From Gemmatimonadota bacterium (lineage in GTDB: Bacteria > Gemmatimonadota > Gemmatimonadetes > Palauibacterales > Palauibacteraceae): 64,000 nt of DNA. Location of the stretch: assembly GCA_965116475.1 (NCBI GenBank), contig OZ220691.1:992001-1056000 (forward strand), in the 5' to 3' direction. Of this stretch, positions 22,059-31,312 are shown piece by piece. The first letter of the stretch is position 1, and each line of letters opens with the position of its first letter. The notes beneath the pieces are model-generated. The model saw only the letters and a program-made list of their open reading frames with translations, did not search any database and was not told the origin of the DNA. A program made the translations under genes and the position numbers.

Positions 22059-22850
22059 ATGACACGCTTCGGCCACCGCGGCGCACGCCGCCTGATCGCG
22101 CGAAACAGAGCCCCGCGAGGAGTTGTCGCCACCCTCGGCGTCGCGTGGTGCCTGTTCCCGTTCCCCCTCGCCGCCCAGGCAGTCGAAACGCCTCCGGATT
22201 CGGAGATGCGGGGCGCAAGCCGGACCTGGCGGGACATCGCCGTCGCGGGGGGGGTCCTCGGCGGCGCCTTCCTCCTCGACGAGCCCGTCCGCGACCTGGC
22301 GCTGGACCATCAGGGAACGTTGGGACGCGACCTGGCCGAGGCCGGCCACACATACGGCGACTGGAAGCGGACCGCGCCCTTATTGGCCGGGGGCGGACTT
22401 CTGCTTGGCGTCGCGCTGGACGGGGAACGGGGAGTCCGGCGGGCGACGTCGGCCTTCTTCGGCGTCTTCGCCGGCTCGATGGCGAACACGGCCCTCAACT
22501 GGACCCTGGGACGAAGCCGTCCGAGAGACGAGAAAGGCGTCCTGCACTTCGATCCCTTCCGGGGCAACGCCTCGCTGGGGTCCGGCCACACGGCCTACGC
22601 CTTCGCCATCGCCGCCGCCGTCGACGAAGTGACCGAAGGCGGGTGGGCCATCCCCTTCTACGTAGCCGCCGCGGGTACGGGACTCGCCCGGATATACGGA
22701 GACCGCCACTGGTTGTCCGACGTGGTCGTCGGCGGCTTCATCGGCTGGTGGGTGGGCGGCCGGGCGACGGCCTCGGCCGAGAACTGGCTCGGGATCCGGC
22801 CGCTGATCGCCGGAGACGCGCTGGGCGTTCAGGTCCGCTTGCCGGAGTAG
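22059..22850 (+). CDS. PAP2-family membrane phosphatase
   Basis: GRSRP, SLGSGH, ARIYGDRHWLSDV correspond to PAP2 motifs C1-C3; start uncertain (21963-22059). Confidence 0.85.
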   Translation: MTRFGHRGARRLIARNRAPRGVVATLGVAWCLFPFPLAAQAVETPPDSEMRGASRTWRDIAVAGGVLGGAFLLDEPVRDLALDHQGTLGRDLAEAGHTYGDWKRTAPLLAGGGLLLGVALDGERGVRRATSAFFGVFAGSMANTALNWTLGRSRPRDEKGVLHFDPFRGNASLGSGHTAYAFAIAAAVDEVTEGGWAIPFYVAAAGTGLARIYGDRHWLSDVVVGGFIGWWVGGRATASAENWLGIRPLIAGDALGVQVRLPE

Positions 22851-22855
22851 CCGCG

Positions 22856-22882
22856 AGGCGCCCCGCCGACCCCGGGGCGCCT
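22856..22882. terminator. Hairpin between convergent PAP2 and hbd genes
   Basis: aggcgccccg / cggggcgcct, a perfect 10-bp stem with a 7-nt loop. Confidence 0.5.
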
Positions 22883-22911
22883 TCGGCGGGCTCGCGCCGT
22901 CCTGAACCGGG

Positions 22912-23799
22912 CTACAGCACGAAGCTGGACACGACGGGTTCGTCTCCGCTGTAGTCGTAGAAGCCCTTCCCCGTCTTCCGGCCGTGGTATCCGGCGAGGT
23001 ACATGCGTCGCAGGAGGGGGGGAGAGGCGAAGCGCGCCTCCTTGTACTCGTCGTACATGATGCCCGTGATGTGGTACAGCGTGTCGAGTCCCACGAAATC
23101 GCCCAGCGTGAAGGGGCCCATCGGGTATCCGCAGCCCAGGCGCAGCCCCTGGTCTATGTCGGGGATCGACGCGACCCCGGCCTCGTACGCGCGGATCGCG
23201 TCGAGCATGTACGGAACGAGCAGCCGGTTCACGACGAAACCGGTGTTGTCGCCGCAGGCGATCGGGCTCTTCCCGAGCGATGCCGCGAACGCGAAGGCGA
23301 CCTCGAACGTTTCGTCCGCCGTCTGCCCGCAGCGGACGACCTCCACAAGCGGCATGACCGGGACGGGGCTGAAGAAGTGGAGACCGACGAAACGCTCCGG
23401 CCGATCCGTCTCCGCGGCAAGCTCCGTGATGGACAGGCTCGATGTGTTGGAGGCGAAGATGGTCTCCCCGGCGCACAGTCCCCCGAGCTCGCCGAACAGC
23501 GCGTGTTTCGCTCCGAGGTTCTCGGTGATCGCCTCGATGATAAGGTCGCACTCCGCAAGGTCTCCCAGTTCGAGCGTCGGGTGGAGGCGGGCCATCGTCG
23601 CGTCCCGATCCGCCGCCCCGAGCTTCTCCTTCTGGACGGCGCGGTCGAGGTTCCTCCCGATCCCGGCCATCCCCCGGTCGAGAAACCCCTGTTCCACGTC
23701 CCGCACGATCGTCTCATATCCGGCCGCCGCGCTCACCTGCGCGATTCCGCCCCCCATCAGTCCCGCTCCGACCACCCCGACCTTCCGAATCTCAGTCAA
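22912..23799 (-). CDS. hbd: 3-hydroxybutyryl/3-hydroxyacyl-CoA dehydrogenase
   Basis: GAGLMGGGIAQ, IEAITEN, FASNTSSL, GLHFFSP, GFVVNRL, PMGPF, GRKTGKGFY; GGGAG SD before TTG. Confidence 0.92.
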   Translation of the reverse strand: MTEIRKVGVVGAGLMGGGIAQVSAAAGYETIVRDVEQGFLDRGMAGIGRNLDRAVQKEKLGAADRDATMARLHPTLELGDLAECDLIIEAITENLGAKHALFGELGGLCAGETIFASNTSSLSITELAAETDRPERFVGLHFFSPVPVMPLVEVVRCGQTADETFEVAFAFAASLGKSPIACGDNTGFVVNRLLVPYMLDAIRAYEAGVASIPDIDQGLRLGCGYPMGPFTLGDFVGLDTLYHITGIMYDEYKEARFASPPLLRRMYLAGYHGRKTGKGFYDYSGDEPVVSSFVL

Positions 23800-23825
23800 T
23801 GTCCACTCCCTCCATGAATTCAGGT

Positions 23826-23873
23826 ATCAGTTGTCGATCAGCTGTCGATCAGCTGTCGGCTGTTTGACAGCCG
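23826..23873. repeat. 3 x 11-bp tandem repeat (atcagYtgtcg) followed by a hairpin cggctgt-ttg-acagccg
   Basis: Copies at 23826-23836, 23837-23847 and 23848-23858; inverted repeat at 23857-23873; intergenic, upstream of hbd. Confidence 0.8.
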
Positions 23874-23890
23874 CTTGAGGTGCACACTTC

Positions 23891-24760
23891 TCAGCGCAGG
23901 AGTTTCCGGTGCCACGGTTCCTCCGCGCTGCGCAGGTTCTCTCCACGCTCGAGTCGGTCGAGAAGACCCTGAAGCGCGAGTTCCATCCGCTGTCTGACCT
24001 TCCGCATGTCGGCCCGCGCGGACACCGCCGCGATGCCCGTGAACCCGGAGAGGATCGCCAGTCCTCCCACGAGCGGCAGGACACCGCCCCCCGTCGCCAT
24101 GAACAGCCCGAAGCCAGCGGCGGCCCCTCCCAGCCCCATTCCCGCGAACCAGCCGCCGAGCCGCTCCGCCCTCATGTTGCCGACGTCTGCCGTCAGCGTG
24201 ACCAGCGACCAGCCACTCTCCAGGGCTTCCACGGCGACCTGGAGGTTGCGCGACTTCGCGAGCGTGTACCGTCGGCCGCCGACATCCATCGCGCGGCGCA
24301 TCTGGCTGACGAGGCCGGTCCCCGGCTCCCAAAGCGATCCGCCGGGTCGAGAGCGCACCTGTCGGAGAAGCTCCTCTTCGCGCAGGTACGACTCGAGATT
24401 CGCTTCCACATCCGGCGGACTTCCGGGCACGACGCGGCTCGTGCTCACGATGGCGGGGCCGACGATGCGGCGCGCGAGCCCCTCGTCCGGGGGCGCATCG
24501 GGGATGAGCGAGGCGGCCTCCACCTCGGCCAGCGCCTGCCGGACGTAGCGCTCTTCGAGTCCGACTTCCGCACCGATCTGGACGACTTCGCCCGCCCCGA
24601 GTTCCCCGCCGATCGATGTGGAACTGCGGAACTGAAGATCCGACGCCCGCCGGATCACGCGCTCGAGTTGCTCCTGCGTAACCGTCCGGGGGAGCGACGG
24701 GCGGCGTGCCGGGGGACCGGACCTGCCTGAACCCTCGCGGCTTTCGTCAGCCGGCGGCAT
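23891..24760 (-). CDS. Hypothetical membrane protein (helical N-domain, two C-terminal TMs)
   Basis: [13 protein letters not shown]...[13 protein letters not shown] helical region, Gly-rich TM hairpin; overlaps the SPFH gene end by 14 nt. Confidence 0.75.
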   Translation of the reverse strand: MPPADESREGSGRSGPPARRPSLPRTVTQEQLERVIRRASDLQFRSSTSIGGELGAGEVVQIGAEVGLEERYVRQALAEVEAASLIPDAPPDEGLARRIVGPAIVSTSRVVPGSPPDVEANLESYLREEELLRQVRSRPGGSLWEPGTGLVSQMRRAMDVGGRRYTLAKSRNLQVAVEALESGWSLVTLTADVGNMRAERLGGWFAGMGLGGAAAGFGLFMATGGGVLPLVGGLAILSGFTGIAAVSARADMRKVRQRMELALQGLLDRLERGENLRSAEEPWHRKLLR

Positions 24761-25664
24761 CGCGCTCCCTCGCCACCGCTTCCGGCTCGTCCGCCGTCTC
24801 CGTCACGTCCTCCGACGCCTCCGCGCGGGGCAGTTGCGGCGCGCCTTCCGAACCTTCGAGCACACGTTCGTCGACCGGAGCGGGGGTCGCGGCCTCGTCC
24901 CCGGCCGCCGTCGCAAGTCCCTTGAACAGACCCGTCATCGGCCCGAGTTCCACGGGAAGCGGGAAGAGCGTCGTCGAGTTGTTCTCCGCCGCGATCTCCG
25001 TCGCTGTCTGCAGGAAGCGCAGTTGCAGGGAGGCCGGGTATTCGCTCAACTGGCGCGCCGCGTCCCGCAGGTTCGACGCCGCCTGCAGTTCGCCCTGCGC
25101 GTTGATCACCTTGGCGCGCCGCTCGCGCTCCGCCTCCGCCTGCCGCGCGATCGCGCGCTTCATCTCGTTCGGCAGATCCACGTCCTTCACTTCGACGCCC
25201 GTGACGTCGATCCCCCAGGCGTCCGTTCCCTGGTCGATGATGTCGCGCAGGATCTGGTTGAACTTCTCGCGCTCCGCGAGGACCTCGTCCAGTTCCGCCT
25301 GCCCGATGACGGAGCGCAGCGTCGTCTGGGCAAGCTGCGAGGTGGCGAAGAGAAAGTCCTCGATCTCGAGGATGGCCCGTCGCGGGTTCGCGACCCGGAA
25401 GTAGAGGACCGCGTTGACCTTCACCGACACGTTGTCCCGCGTGATGACATCCTGCGGCGGGATGTCCATGGCGATGATCCGCAGGCTCACCCGCTCCATG
25501 CGCTCGACCCCGAACGGGACGAGGAAGATGAGTCCCGGCCCGCGGGTCGGACGCGCGCGGCCGAGCCGGAAGACGACGGCCCGCTCGTATTCCTTCAGGA
25601 TGCGGAGACTCGTGGCCAGCGCCAGCGCGCCCGCCCCGGCGAGAATGAAGAATAGAGGATCCAT
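24747..25664 (-). CDS. SPFH/band-7 (stomatin/slipin) family protein
   Basis: [69 protein letters not shown]. Confidence 0.95.
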   Translation of the reverse strand: MDPLFFILAGAGALALATSLRILKEYERAVVFRLGRARPTRGPGLIFLVPFGVERMERVSLRIIAMDIPPQDVITRDNVSVKVNAVLYFRVANPRRAILEIEDFLFATSQLAQTTLRSVIGQAELDEVLAEREKFNQILRDIIDQGTDAWGIDVTGVEVKDVDLPNEMKRAIARQAEAERERRAKVINAQGELQAASNLRDAARQLSEYPASLQLRFLQTATEIAAENNSTTLFPLPVELGPMTGLFKGLATAAGDEAATPAPVDERVLEGSEGAPQLPRAEASEDVTETADEPEAVARERDAAG

Positions 25665-25739
25665 GTTCGCTCCCTCCAACTGCTCGCGGCGCCCGGGACG
25701 GCGGCTCGCGGCGCTGACGCGGGGTTTTGCCGCGGGCTG

Positions 25740-26939
25740 CTAGGCGTCGACCTCCACGACGACGGCTGCGCCCTGTCCACCGCCGATGCATGCCGCGCCC
25801 AGACCCAGGCCGCCGCCCCGGCGCCGCAGTTCGTGCAGAAGATGGCCCGTGATCCGCGCCCCCGTCATGCCGAGCGGGTGGCTCAGCGCGATCGCCCCGC
25901 CGTCCACGTTCACCTTGTCGCGGTCGAGACCGAGTTCCCGCTCGACCGCCAGGTACTGCGGAGCGAAGGCCTCGTTCACTTCGACGAGATCGATGTCGTC
26001 GAGCGTGAGGCCGGCCTTCTCGAGGGCGGCGCGCGAGGCGGGCGCGGGTCCGATGCCCATGATGTGGGGCGGCACGCCCGCCACGGCGTAGGACACGAGG
26101 CGGCCGGCCGGCTCGAGGCCGTGCGCGGCCGCATAGTCCCCGCCCGCCAGCACGAGCGCCGCCGCCCCATCCCCGATCCCGCTCGCGTTGCCAGCGGTGA
26201 CGAGGCCATCCTGCTTGAAGTACGGCCGGAGCTTCGCGAGCCCGTCGACCGTCGTATCCGGACGGAGGTGCTCGTCCCGCTCGAAGGATGTTTCCCTCCC
26301 CTTCCTTCCCACCATCATCGGCACGACCTCGTCCTCGTAGCGGCCGCCCTCCCAGGCCTCCGCCGCCAGCTGCTGGCTGCGCACCGCCACCTCGTCGGCC
26401 TCCGAGCGCGAGATCCCGTAGTCCTCCGCGAGGTTCTCCGCCGTCTGGGCCATCGAGAAGCCGCAATAGGGGTCGGTGAGGGCCTCCCACAGCGAATCCT
26501 CGAACTTCGGCGCCGGACCGAGGCGCAGACCCCAGCGGGCTCCGCGCACGATGTGCGGCGCCTGACTCATCGACTCGGCCCCGCCCACGAGACAGACGTC
26601 GCTTTCCCCGAGTTCGATTTCCTGCGAGCCATCGATCACGGCCTGAAAGCCCGAGCCGCACAGACGGTTCACGGTGACGGCCGGAGTCTCGATCGGCAGC
26701 CCCGCCCGCAACCCCACATGCCGCGCGAGATAGATCGCGTCGGCCGACGTCTGCATCACGTTCCCCATCACCACGTGCCCGAAGTCGCCGGGCTCGGCGC
26801 CCGAGCGCTCGATCGCCGCTTCCGAGGCGACGACGCCCAGGTCCACCGCCGAGTAGTCCTTCAGGCTGCCGCCGAACGCCCCCATGGCGGTCCGGGCCGC
26901 GGAGAGGAACACCGTCCCGTTACCGTTGCTGTCGCTCAT
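25740..26939 (-). CDS. Acetyl-CoA C-acyltransferase (thiolase)
   Basis: NRLCGSG, GGAESMS, VTAGNASG, EVNEAFA, SHPLG, ACIGGGQG. Confidence 0.95.
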   Translation of the reverse strand: MSDSNGNGTVFLSAARTAMGAFGGSLKDYSAVDLGVVASEAAIERSGAEPGDFGHVVMGNVMQTSADAIYLARHVGLRAGLPIETPAVTVNRLCGSGFQAVIDGSQEIELGESDVCLVGGAESMSQAPHIVRGARWGLRLGPAPKFEDSLWEALTDPYCGFSMAQTAENLAEDYGISRSEADEVAVRSQQLAAEAWEGGRYEDEVVPMMVGRKGRETSFERDEHLRPDTTVDGLAKLRPYFKQDGLVTAGNASGIGDGAAALVLAGGDYAAAHGLEPAGRLVSYAVAGVPPHIMGIGPAPASRAALEKAGLTLDDIDLVEVNEAFAPQYLAVERELGLDRDKVNVDGGAIALSHPLGMTGARITGHLLHELRRRGGGLGLGAACIGGGQGAAVVVEVDA

Positions 26940-27076
26940 TTCGCAGAATCCTTCCGTTCCCTTCCCGGCCGTGCGACCGGGGTCGTGTGATTCGGAGGTG
27001 ATTTCGCCGGCGCCGTCCCGGCGGCGGCGCGCGCGGCCCGCCCTGCGGACCCGCACGGGGAACGTAGCGCGACGGA

Positions 27077-28147
27077 TCAGGCTGCGCCCGAGGCCACCCG
27101 TTCCGCGAGCCAGCGGCCCACCTCCGAGGTCGTCGCGCTCCCCCCGAGGTCCGGTGTCCGGATCCGCGCAGCGAGGGCCGCATCCACGGCGGCCTCGATG
27201 GCCACCGCCGCTGCCTCCGAACCGTGATCTCGCAGGAGAAGTGCGGCGCTGAGCACCGCGGCCATCGGATTCGCCCGTCCCGTCCCGACGATGTCCGGCG
27301 CGCTGCCGTGCACGGGTTCGTACAGTCCATGCGCGCCCGGGTTCACGTTGGCGGAGGGGGCGAGGCCCGGCCCACCCACGATCTCGGCGCCCAGGTCGGA
27401 GAGAATGTCGCCGAGCAGGTTCGACGTGACGATGACCCCGAACCGCTCCGGCGCCCGGATCATTTCCATGGCGAGCGCATCCACGTAGCGCATCTCCGAT
27501 TCGACCCCCGGATATCCGGCGGCGACCTCACCGAACACGCGGCGCCAGAGCCCGAACATGTGCGGCACGGCGTTCGCCTTGTCCGCGAGCGTCACGCGCA
27601 GCCCGCGGGGAGCGGCGTGCTCGAACGCGAACCGCACGATCCGTTCCACGCCGAACCGGGTCGCGACCGACTCCGATACCGCGACCTCGTCGGGCGTGCC
27701 CTCGTGCTCGACCCGCCCCACACCCACGTACAGGCCTTCGGTATTCTCCCGGAAGATCTCGAAGTCGATGGGTACCGAGTCCGCGGACCTCAGCGGCGAC
27801 AGCTCCGGCGCGCGCAGCCGCAGCGGCCGGCGGTTCAGGAACAGGTCCAGCCGCACCCGCAGACCGAGGAGGAGGTCGCGCGCGTGACGGCCGTCGGGCA
27901 CGCGCGGATCGCCCACGGCACCGAAGAGAATCGCGTCGAAGTCATCCCTCAGGGACTCGAACGTCCCCTGCGACAGCGTCTCCCCGGTGGCAAGATAATG
28001 GTCGGCGCCGTGCGGGAAGTGCGTGAGTTCGAGTTCGGACAGGCCCCGGGCGGCCACCGCCCGCAGCACCCGACACGCCTCGCGCGTGACCTCGGGGCCG
28101 ATCCCGTCACCGCCGATGACGGCGATGCGCACCGGAGCCTGCGCCAC
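27077..28147 (-). CDS. 3-isopropylmalate/tartrate dehydrogenase family (LeuB-like)
   Basis: GDGIGPEV, GAVG, RENTEGLY, DKAN, NLLGDILSD, EPVHGSAPDI, ANP. Exact substrate uncertain; no other leu genes nearby. Confidence 0.85.
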   Translation of the reverse strand: MAQAPVRIAVIGGDGIGPEVTREACRVLRAVAARGLSELELTHFPHGADHYLATGETLSQGTFESLRDDFDAILFGAVGDPRVPDGRHARDLLLGLRVRLDLFLNRRPLRLRAPELSPLRSADSVPIDFEIFRENTEGLYVGVGRVEHEGTPDEVAVSESVATRFGVERIVRFAFEHAAPRGLRVTLADKANAVPHMFGLWRRVFGEVAAGYPGVESEMRYVDALAMEMIRAPERFGVIVTSNLLGDILSDLGAEIVGGPGLAPSANVNPGAHGLYEPVHGSAPDIVGTGRANPMAAVLSAALLLRDHGSEAAAVAIEAAVDAALAARIRTPDLGGSATTSEVGRWLAERVASGAA

Positions 28148-28157
28148 CCGATGGCAG

Positions 28158-29255
28158 CTAGCGTTCGATTTCGAGCGCGCCGACCCGGGCCGAGTCCTCG
28201 AGGAAGGCGCGGGCCGTCTGCCAGGAGACGGCGATGCCGGTCAGCGCCTGGAGCCGCATCGCCTCGTTTCGCATGAAGTCCGCCAGCGAGACGCCGGGCT
28301 CCTCCGACCCGTTGCGCATGGCCCGCACGATCCCATCCCAGTCTCCCTCGTACACCACGCCGTTCGGGGCCCGCACGCGGTGCACCTCCACCGACGACGC
28401 GTCGGGCGGACGACCGAACAGGTCGAGCTGGCCCGTGCCCGGCCCCGCCGTCAACCCGTTCGCCCGGGCCTCGACCTCGGCCAGCAGGCGTTCCTCCGCG
28501 CTCGGCTCCGGCGCCAGTTCCTCCAGCGCCAGCAGGTAGGGCCGCAACTCCTCGGCGTCCGCCGGCAGGTCTTCGAGTCGCCGCTTGAGGTCGACCACAC
28601 GCCACGCGACGATCGGATCGGCCAGGTCCGTTACCGGGATCGTCGCAAGTTGCGCGAGCGCCCCCCGGAAATCGCCGCGTTCGTAGAGCACGTTGCCGTA
28701 GAGCGCGCGGGCCTCCGCGAAGCGGGGATCCAGACGCACCGCCTCGCGGCTCCAGAACAGCGCGGCCTCGGTGTCGCCTTCCCGATAGAAGGTGAAGGCG
28801 AGATCCAGCGCGGCATCGGGGCTCTCGCGGTCGGCCGCCAGCGCGAGCCGGAAGAACCGCTCCGCCCGGCGCAGGAGACCCTCGCGCAGGAGGCTGCGCC
28901 CCACGCAGAGCATGAGTTCCACGTCGCGGTCGTACCCCAGCGCGATGAGGCCTTCGAAGATCTGGAAGGCCGCCGCGCGTTCCCCCAGCTTCAGCAGCAC
29001 ATCTCCGAGGCCGGCGAGCGCTTCCTCGTGTTCCGGATCGATCCGGAGGACCCTGTCGAAGGCCGCGCGCGCCCAGGCGTATTCCTCGCGGGCCAGACGC
29101 GTATAGCCCAGAGAGACGAGGAGTTCAACCGAGTCGGGATAACGGGTGAGAGCCTCCTTGAGGAGGCCAAGCGCCTGATCGAAGTCGCCGGCTTCGTAGA
29201 GCCGTTGCGCTTCGGCATCGAACTGCTCGTAGTTCCAGGAGTCGGAGAGGTTCAA
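28158..29255 (-). CDS. Tetratricopeptide-repeat protein
   Basis: Repeated A..Y..G.F..A...L..AL...P helical units; GAGG SD before TTG. Confidence 0.85.
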   Translation of the reverse strand: MNLSDSWNYEQFDAEAQRLYEAGDFDQALGLLKEALTRYPDSVELLVSLGYTRLAREEYAWARAAFDRVLRIDPEHEEALAGLGDVLLKLGERAAAFQIFEGLIALGYDRDVELMLCVGRSLLREGLLRRAERFFRLALAADRESPDAALDLAFTFYREGDTEAALFWSREAVRLDPRFAEARALYGNVLYERGDFRGALAQLATIPVTDLADPIVAWRVVDLKRRLEDLPADAEELRPYLLALEELAPEPSAEERLLAEVEARANGLTAGPGTGQLDLFGRPPDASSVEVHRVRAPNGVVYEGDWDGIVRAMRNGSEEPGVSLADFMRNEAMRLQALTGIAVSWQTARAFLEDSARVGALEIER

Positions 29256-29386
29256 ATCCGGAACCTCAAGTCAGGAACCCTTCCGACCATGTTCGGCGAC
29301 CCAGACGACCCAGAGCGGAGCCTTTCGTTCGAGGGGGCTGTTCCAACTTCGGGCGCGAAGCCCGCGCCAGCAAGTTCGGAGCTCGG

Positions 29387-29414
29387 CCGCGTTCACGATT
29401 CCGCGTTCACGATT
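29387..29414. repeat. 2 x 14-bp tandem repeat ccgcgttcacgatt spanning the stop codon of the CNNM gene
   Basis: Exact copies at 29387-29400 and 29401-29414. Confidence 0.8.
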
Positions 29415-30765
29415 CGAGGGCTTCGCATAGTCTCCCCACCGTCTCTTCGTCCACGCCGAGCAGGGTGAGCCGCGTGATCCGCCGTTCGACCAGCTCCGCG
29501 ACCTCCAGCCACGCATTCCCCAGCGGGACCCGGTCGCCCGGCTCCGGGATTCGGCCCAGCTTGCCGATCACGTAGCCGGCCACGGTGTCGTACTCCTCCT
29601 CTTCCTCGAGGTCATCGAGCTCCAGGCCCTCGAGCAGATCCGCGAAGGAGACGCCCCCATCGAGTCCGACCGAACCATCGGAACCGACCTCCAGCCCCGC
29701 CTCCGCCTCGTCGTGCTCATCGTAGATTTCCCCCACGATCTCCTCGAGGAGATCCTCCAGCGTGGCGATGCCGTCCGTGCCGCCGAACTCGTCGACGACG
29801 ACGGCGATATGCGTCTTCCGGGCCCGCATCTCCGCCAGCAGGTCGTCGACCGCCTTCGACTCGGGCACGAAGAGCGCCTCGCGCATCACATCCCGCGCCA
29901 CGAGTCCCGTTGGACGCGCCGCGAGGATCTCCGTGAGCAGGTCCTTCACGACGATGATGCCGACGATGTCGTCCAGCGAATCTTCCGTGACGGGGAGACG
30001 CGAATGTCCCGACGCCGCCGCGACCTCCAGGATGACCTTGGCCGGATCCCCGGCCCCGACGGCGACGATGTCCAGCCGGGGCGTCATGACCTCCCGGACC
30101 ACGGTATGGGTGAGGTCGAACACGCCTTCGATCATCGCCTGTTCGTCCTTCTCCACCATTCCTCCGCGCCGACTCTGCCGGACGAGCACCTCGATCTCGT
30201 CCGGACTGTGGGCATGTTCGACACCGTGCGCGTCGCCCACGGGGGCGCGGATCGCCCGCAGGAACAGCCGGGCCGAGCCGTCGAGCAGCCAGATCGCCGG
30301 CGTCGCGACGCGGTTGAAGGCGAGGAGGGGACCGGCGAGGTAGCGGCTCACGGTCTCGGGGCGCAGGAGCGCGACGGTCTTCGGCGCGAGCTCGCCGAGT
30401 ACGATGTGGAGGTAGGTGATGAGGATGAAGGCGACGACGACGGCCGTCGTGTGGAGCGCCGCCGGCCCCGCGGCGAAGCCCAGCGCGCCGAACAGAGGCT
30501 CGATCGACCGCGCGAGCGCCGGCTCGCCGATCCAGCCCAGGCCGAGCGATGCGATCGTGATGCCGAGCTGCGTACCCGAGATGGCACGGTCGAGGTCATC
30601 CTGCGCCCGGCGGACGACGCGGGCCAGACGATCGCCGCCTTCGGCGAGTTCGTCGATGCGGGTGCGTCGCGCGCTGACGAGCGCAAACTCCGCCGCAACG
30701 AAGAACGCGTTCGCCGCTACGAGCGCGAGGACCGCGCCGAGCCTCAGAGCGAGTCCGAGGTCCAT
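29407..30765 (-). CDS. HlyC/CorC (CNNM + CBS + CorC) Mg2+/Co2+ transporter, 'hemolysin family'
   Basis: FFVAAEFA, QLGIT...LGWIGEP, GELAPK, VMTPR, HSRLPV, VDEFGG..G..TLED.LEEIVGEI.DE.D. Confidence 0.95.
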   Translation of the reverse strand: MDLGLALRLGAVLALVAANAFFVAAEFALVSARRTRIDELAEGGDRLARVVRRAQDDLDRAISGTQLGITIASLGLGWIGEPALARSIEPLFGALGFAAGPAALHTTAVVVAFILITYLHIVLGELAPKTVALLRPETVSRYLAGPLLAFNRVATPAIWLLDGSARLFLRAIRAPVGDAHGVEHAHSPDEIEVLVRQSRRGGMVEKDEQAMIEGVFDLTHTVVREVMTPRLDIVAVGAGDPAKVILEVAAASGHSRLPVTEDSLDDIVGIIVVKDLLTEILAARPTGLVARDVMREALFVPESKAVDDLLAEMRARKTHIAVVVDEFGGTDGIATLEDLLEEIVGEIYDEHDEAEAGLEVGSDGSVGLDGGVSFADLLEGLELDDLEEEEEYDTVAGYVIGKLGRIPEPGDRVPLGNAWLEVAELVERRITRLTLLGVDEETVGRLCEALES

Positions 30766-30827
30766 TCGGCGGTCCGACTAGCGGATGGTTTGGCCCCCGG
30801 TCTGTCCGGGGGCGGGGGTTCGTTCAG
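30744..30827 (-). CDS. Candidate polyproline leader peptide (uORF) overlapping the CNNM start
   Basis: GAGGT SD (30840-30836), 8 nt, CTG; translates (M)NEPPPPDRPGAKPSASRTAEWTSDSL*; overlaps ATG 30765 out of frame. Confidence 0.35.
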   Translation of the reverse strand: MNEPPPPDRPGAKPSASRTAEWTSDSL

Positions 30828-30869
30828 GCTACGTTACCTCGTCTACCTCGCCGGTGGTCCTGGGTCGGG

Positions 30870-31136
30870 CTAGATTTGGGCTTCCTGCTCTGACTGCCGG
30901 GCCGCGCCTCCGTGCGGGATCGCCGGGGCGCAGTACCGCTCGCCGATGGTGCGCAGGAGAGACAGCTCACCCGGCGTCAACTCCGGATATCGCTCTCCGA
31001 GGTACTGGATCGTATCGTCGAACCACTCCTGCCGCTGCTCTTCTTCCGCGTCGAGCACGCCACAGCGGCGGATGTGGCTGAACAACTCGTCGCGGGCCCG
31101 GTCACTCGATTTCGGCACATGATTCCCTTTGCTCAA
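30870..31136 (-). CDS. Small hypothetical protein (88 aa)
   Basis: Strong AAGGAGGT SD before TTG; RARDELFSHIRRCGVL...WFDDTIQYL.ERYP...IGERYC looks protein-like. Confidence 0.8.
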   Translation of the reverse strand: MSKGNHVPKSSDRARDELFSHIRRCGVLDAEEEQRQEWFDDTIQYLGERYPELTPGELSLLRTIGERYCAPAIPHGGAARQSEQEAQI

Positions 31137-31312
31137 GGCACCTCCTTGCTGGTCGTCGTCGCGCTACAGGCTTCCGGGAGCCCATGGCAAAGCTCTGCTG
31201 CGTCAACGCGGGGGTTTGCCACGGACCGTTCAGACTAACCTAGGACGCACCACCGCAAAAAGGGAGTGCCGCACCGCCACGGCGGCTCCATCGCCGGGGC
31301 CCGGTCCCGACG

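Noticed and set aside
29256-29406. Possible riboswitch/ncRNA or 81-aa ORF between the CNNM and TPR genes
   Set aside because: Only short GC hairpins and small duplications; no recognisable aptamer consensus. An Rfam/Infernal search would be needed to exclude it fully.
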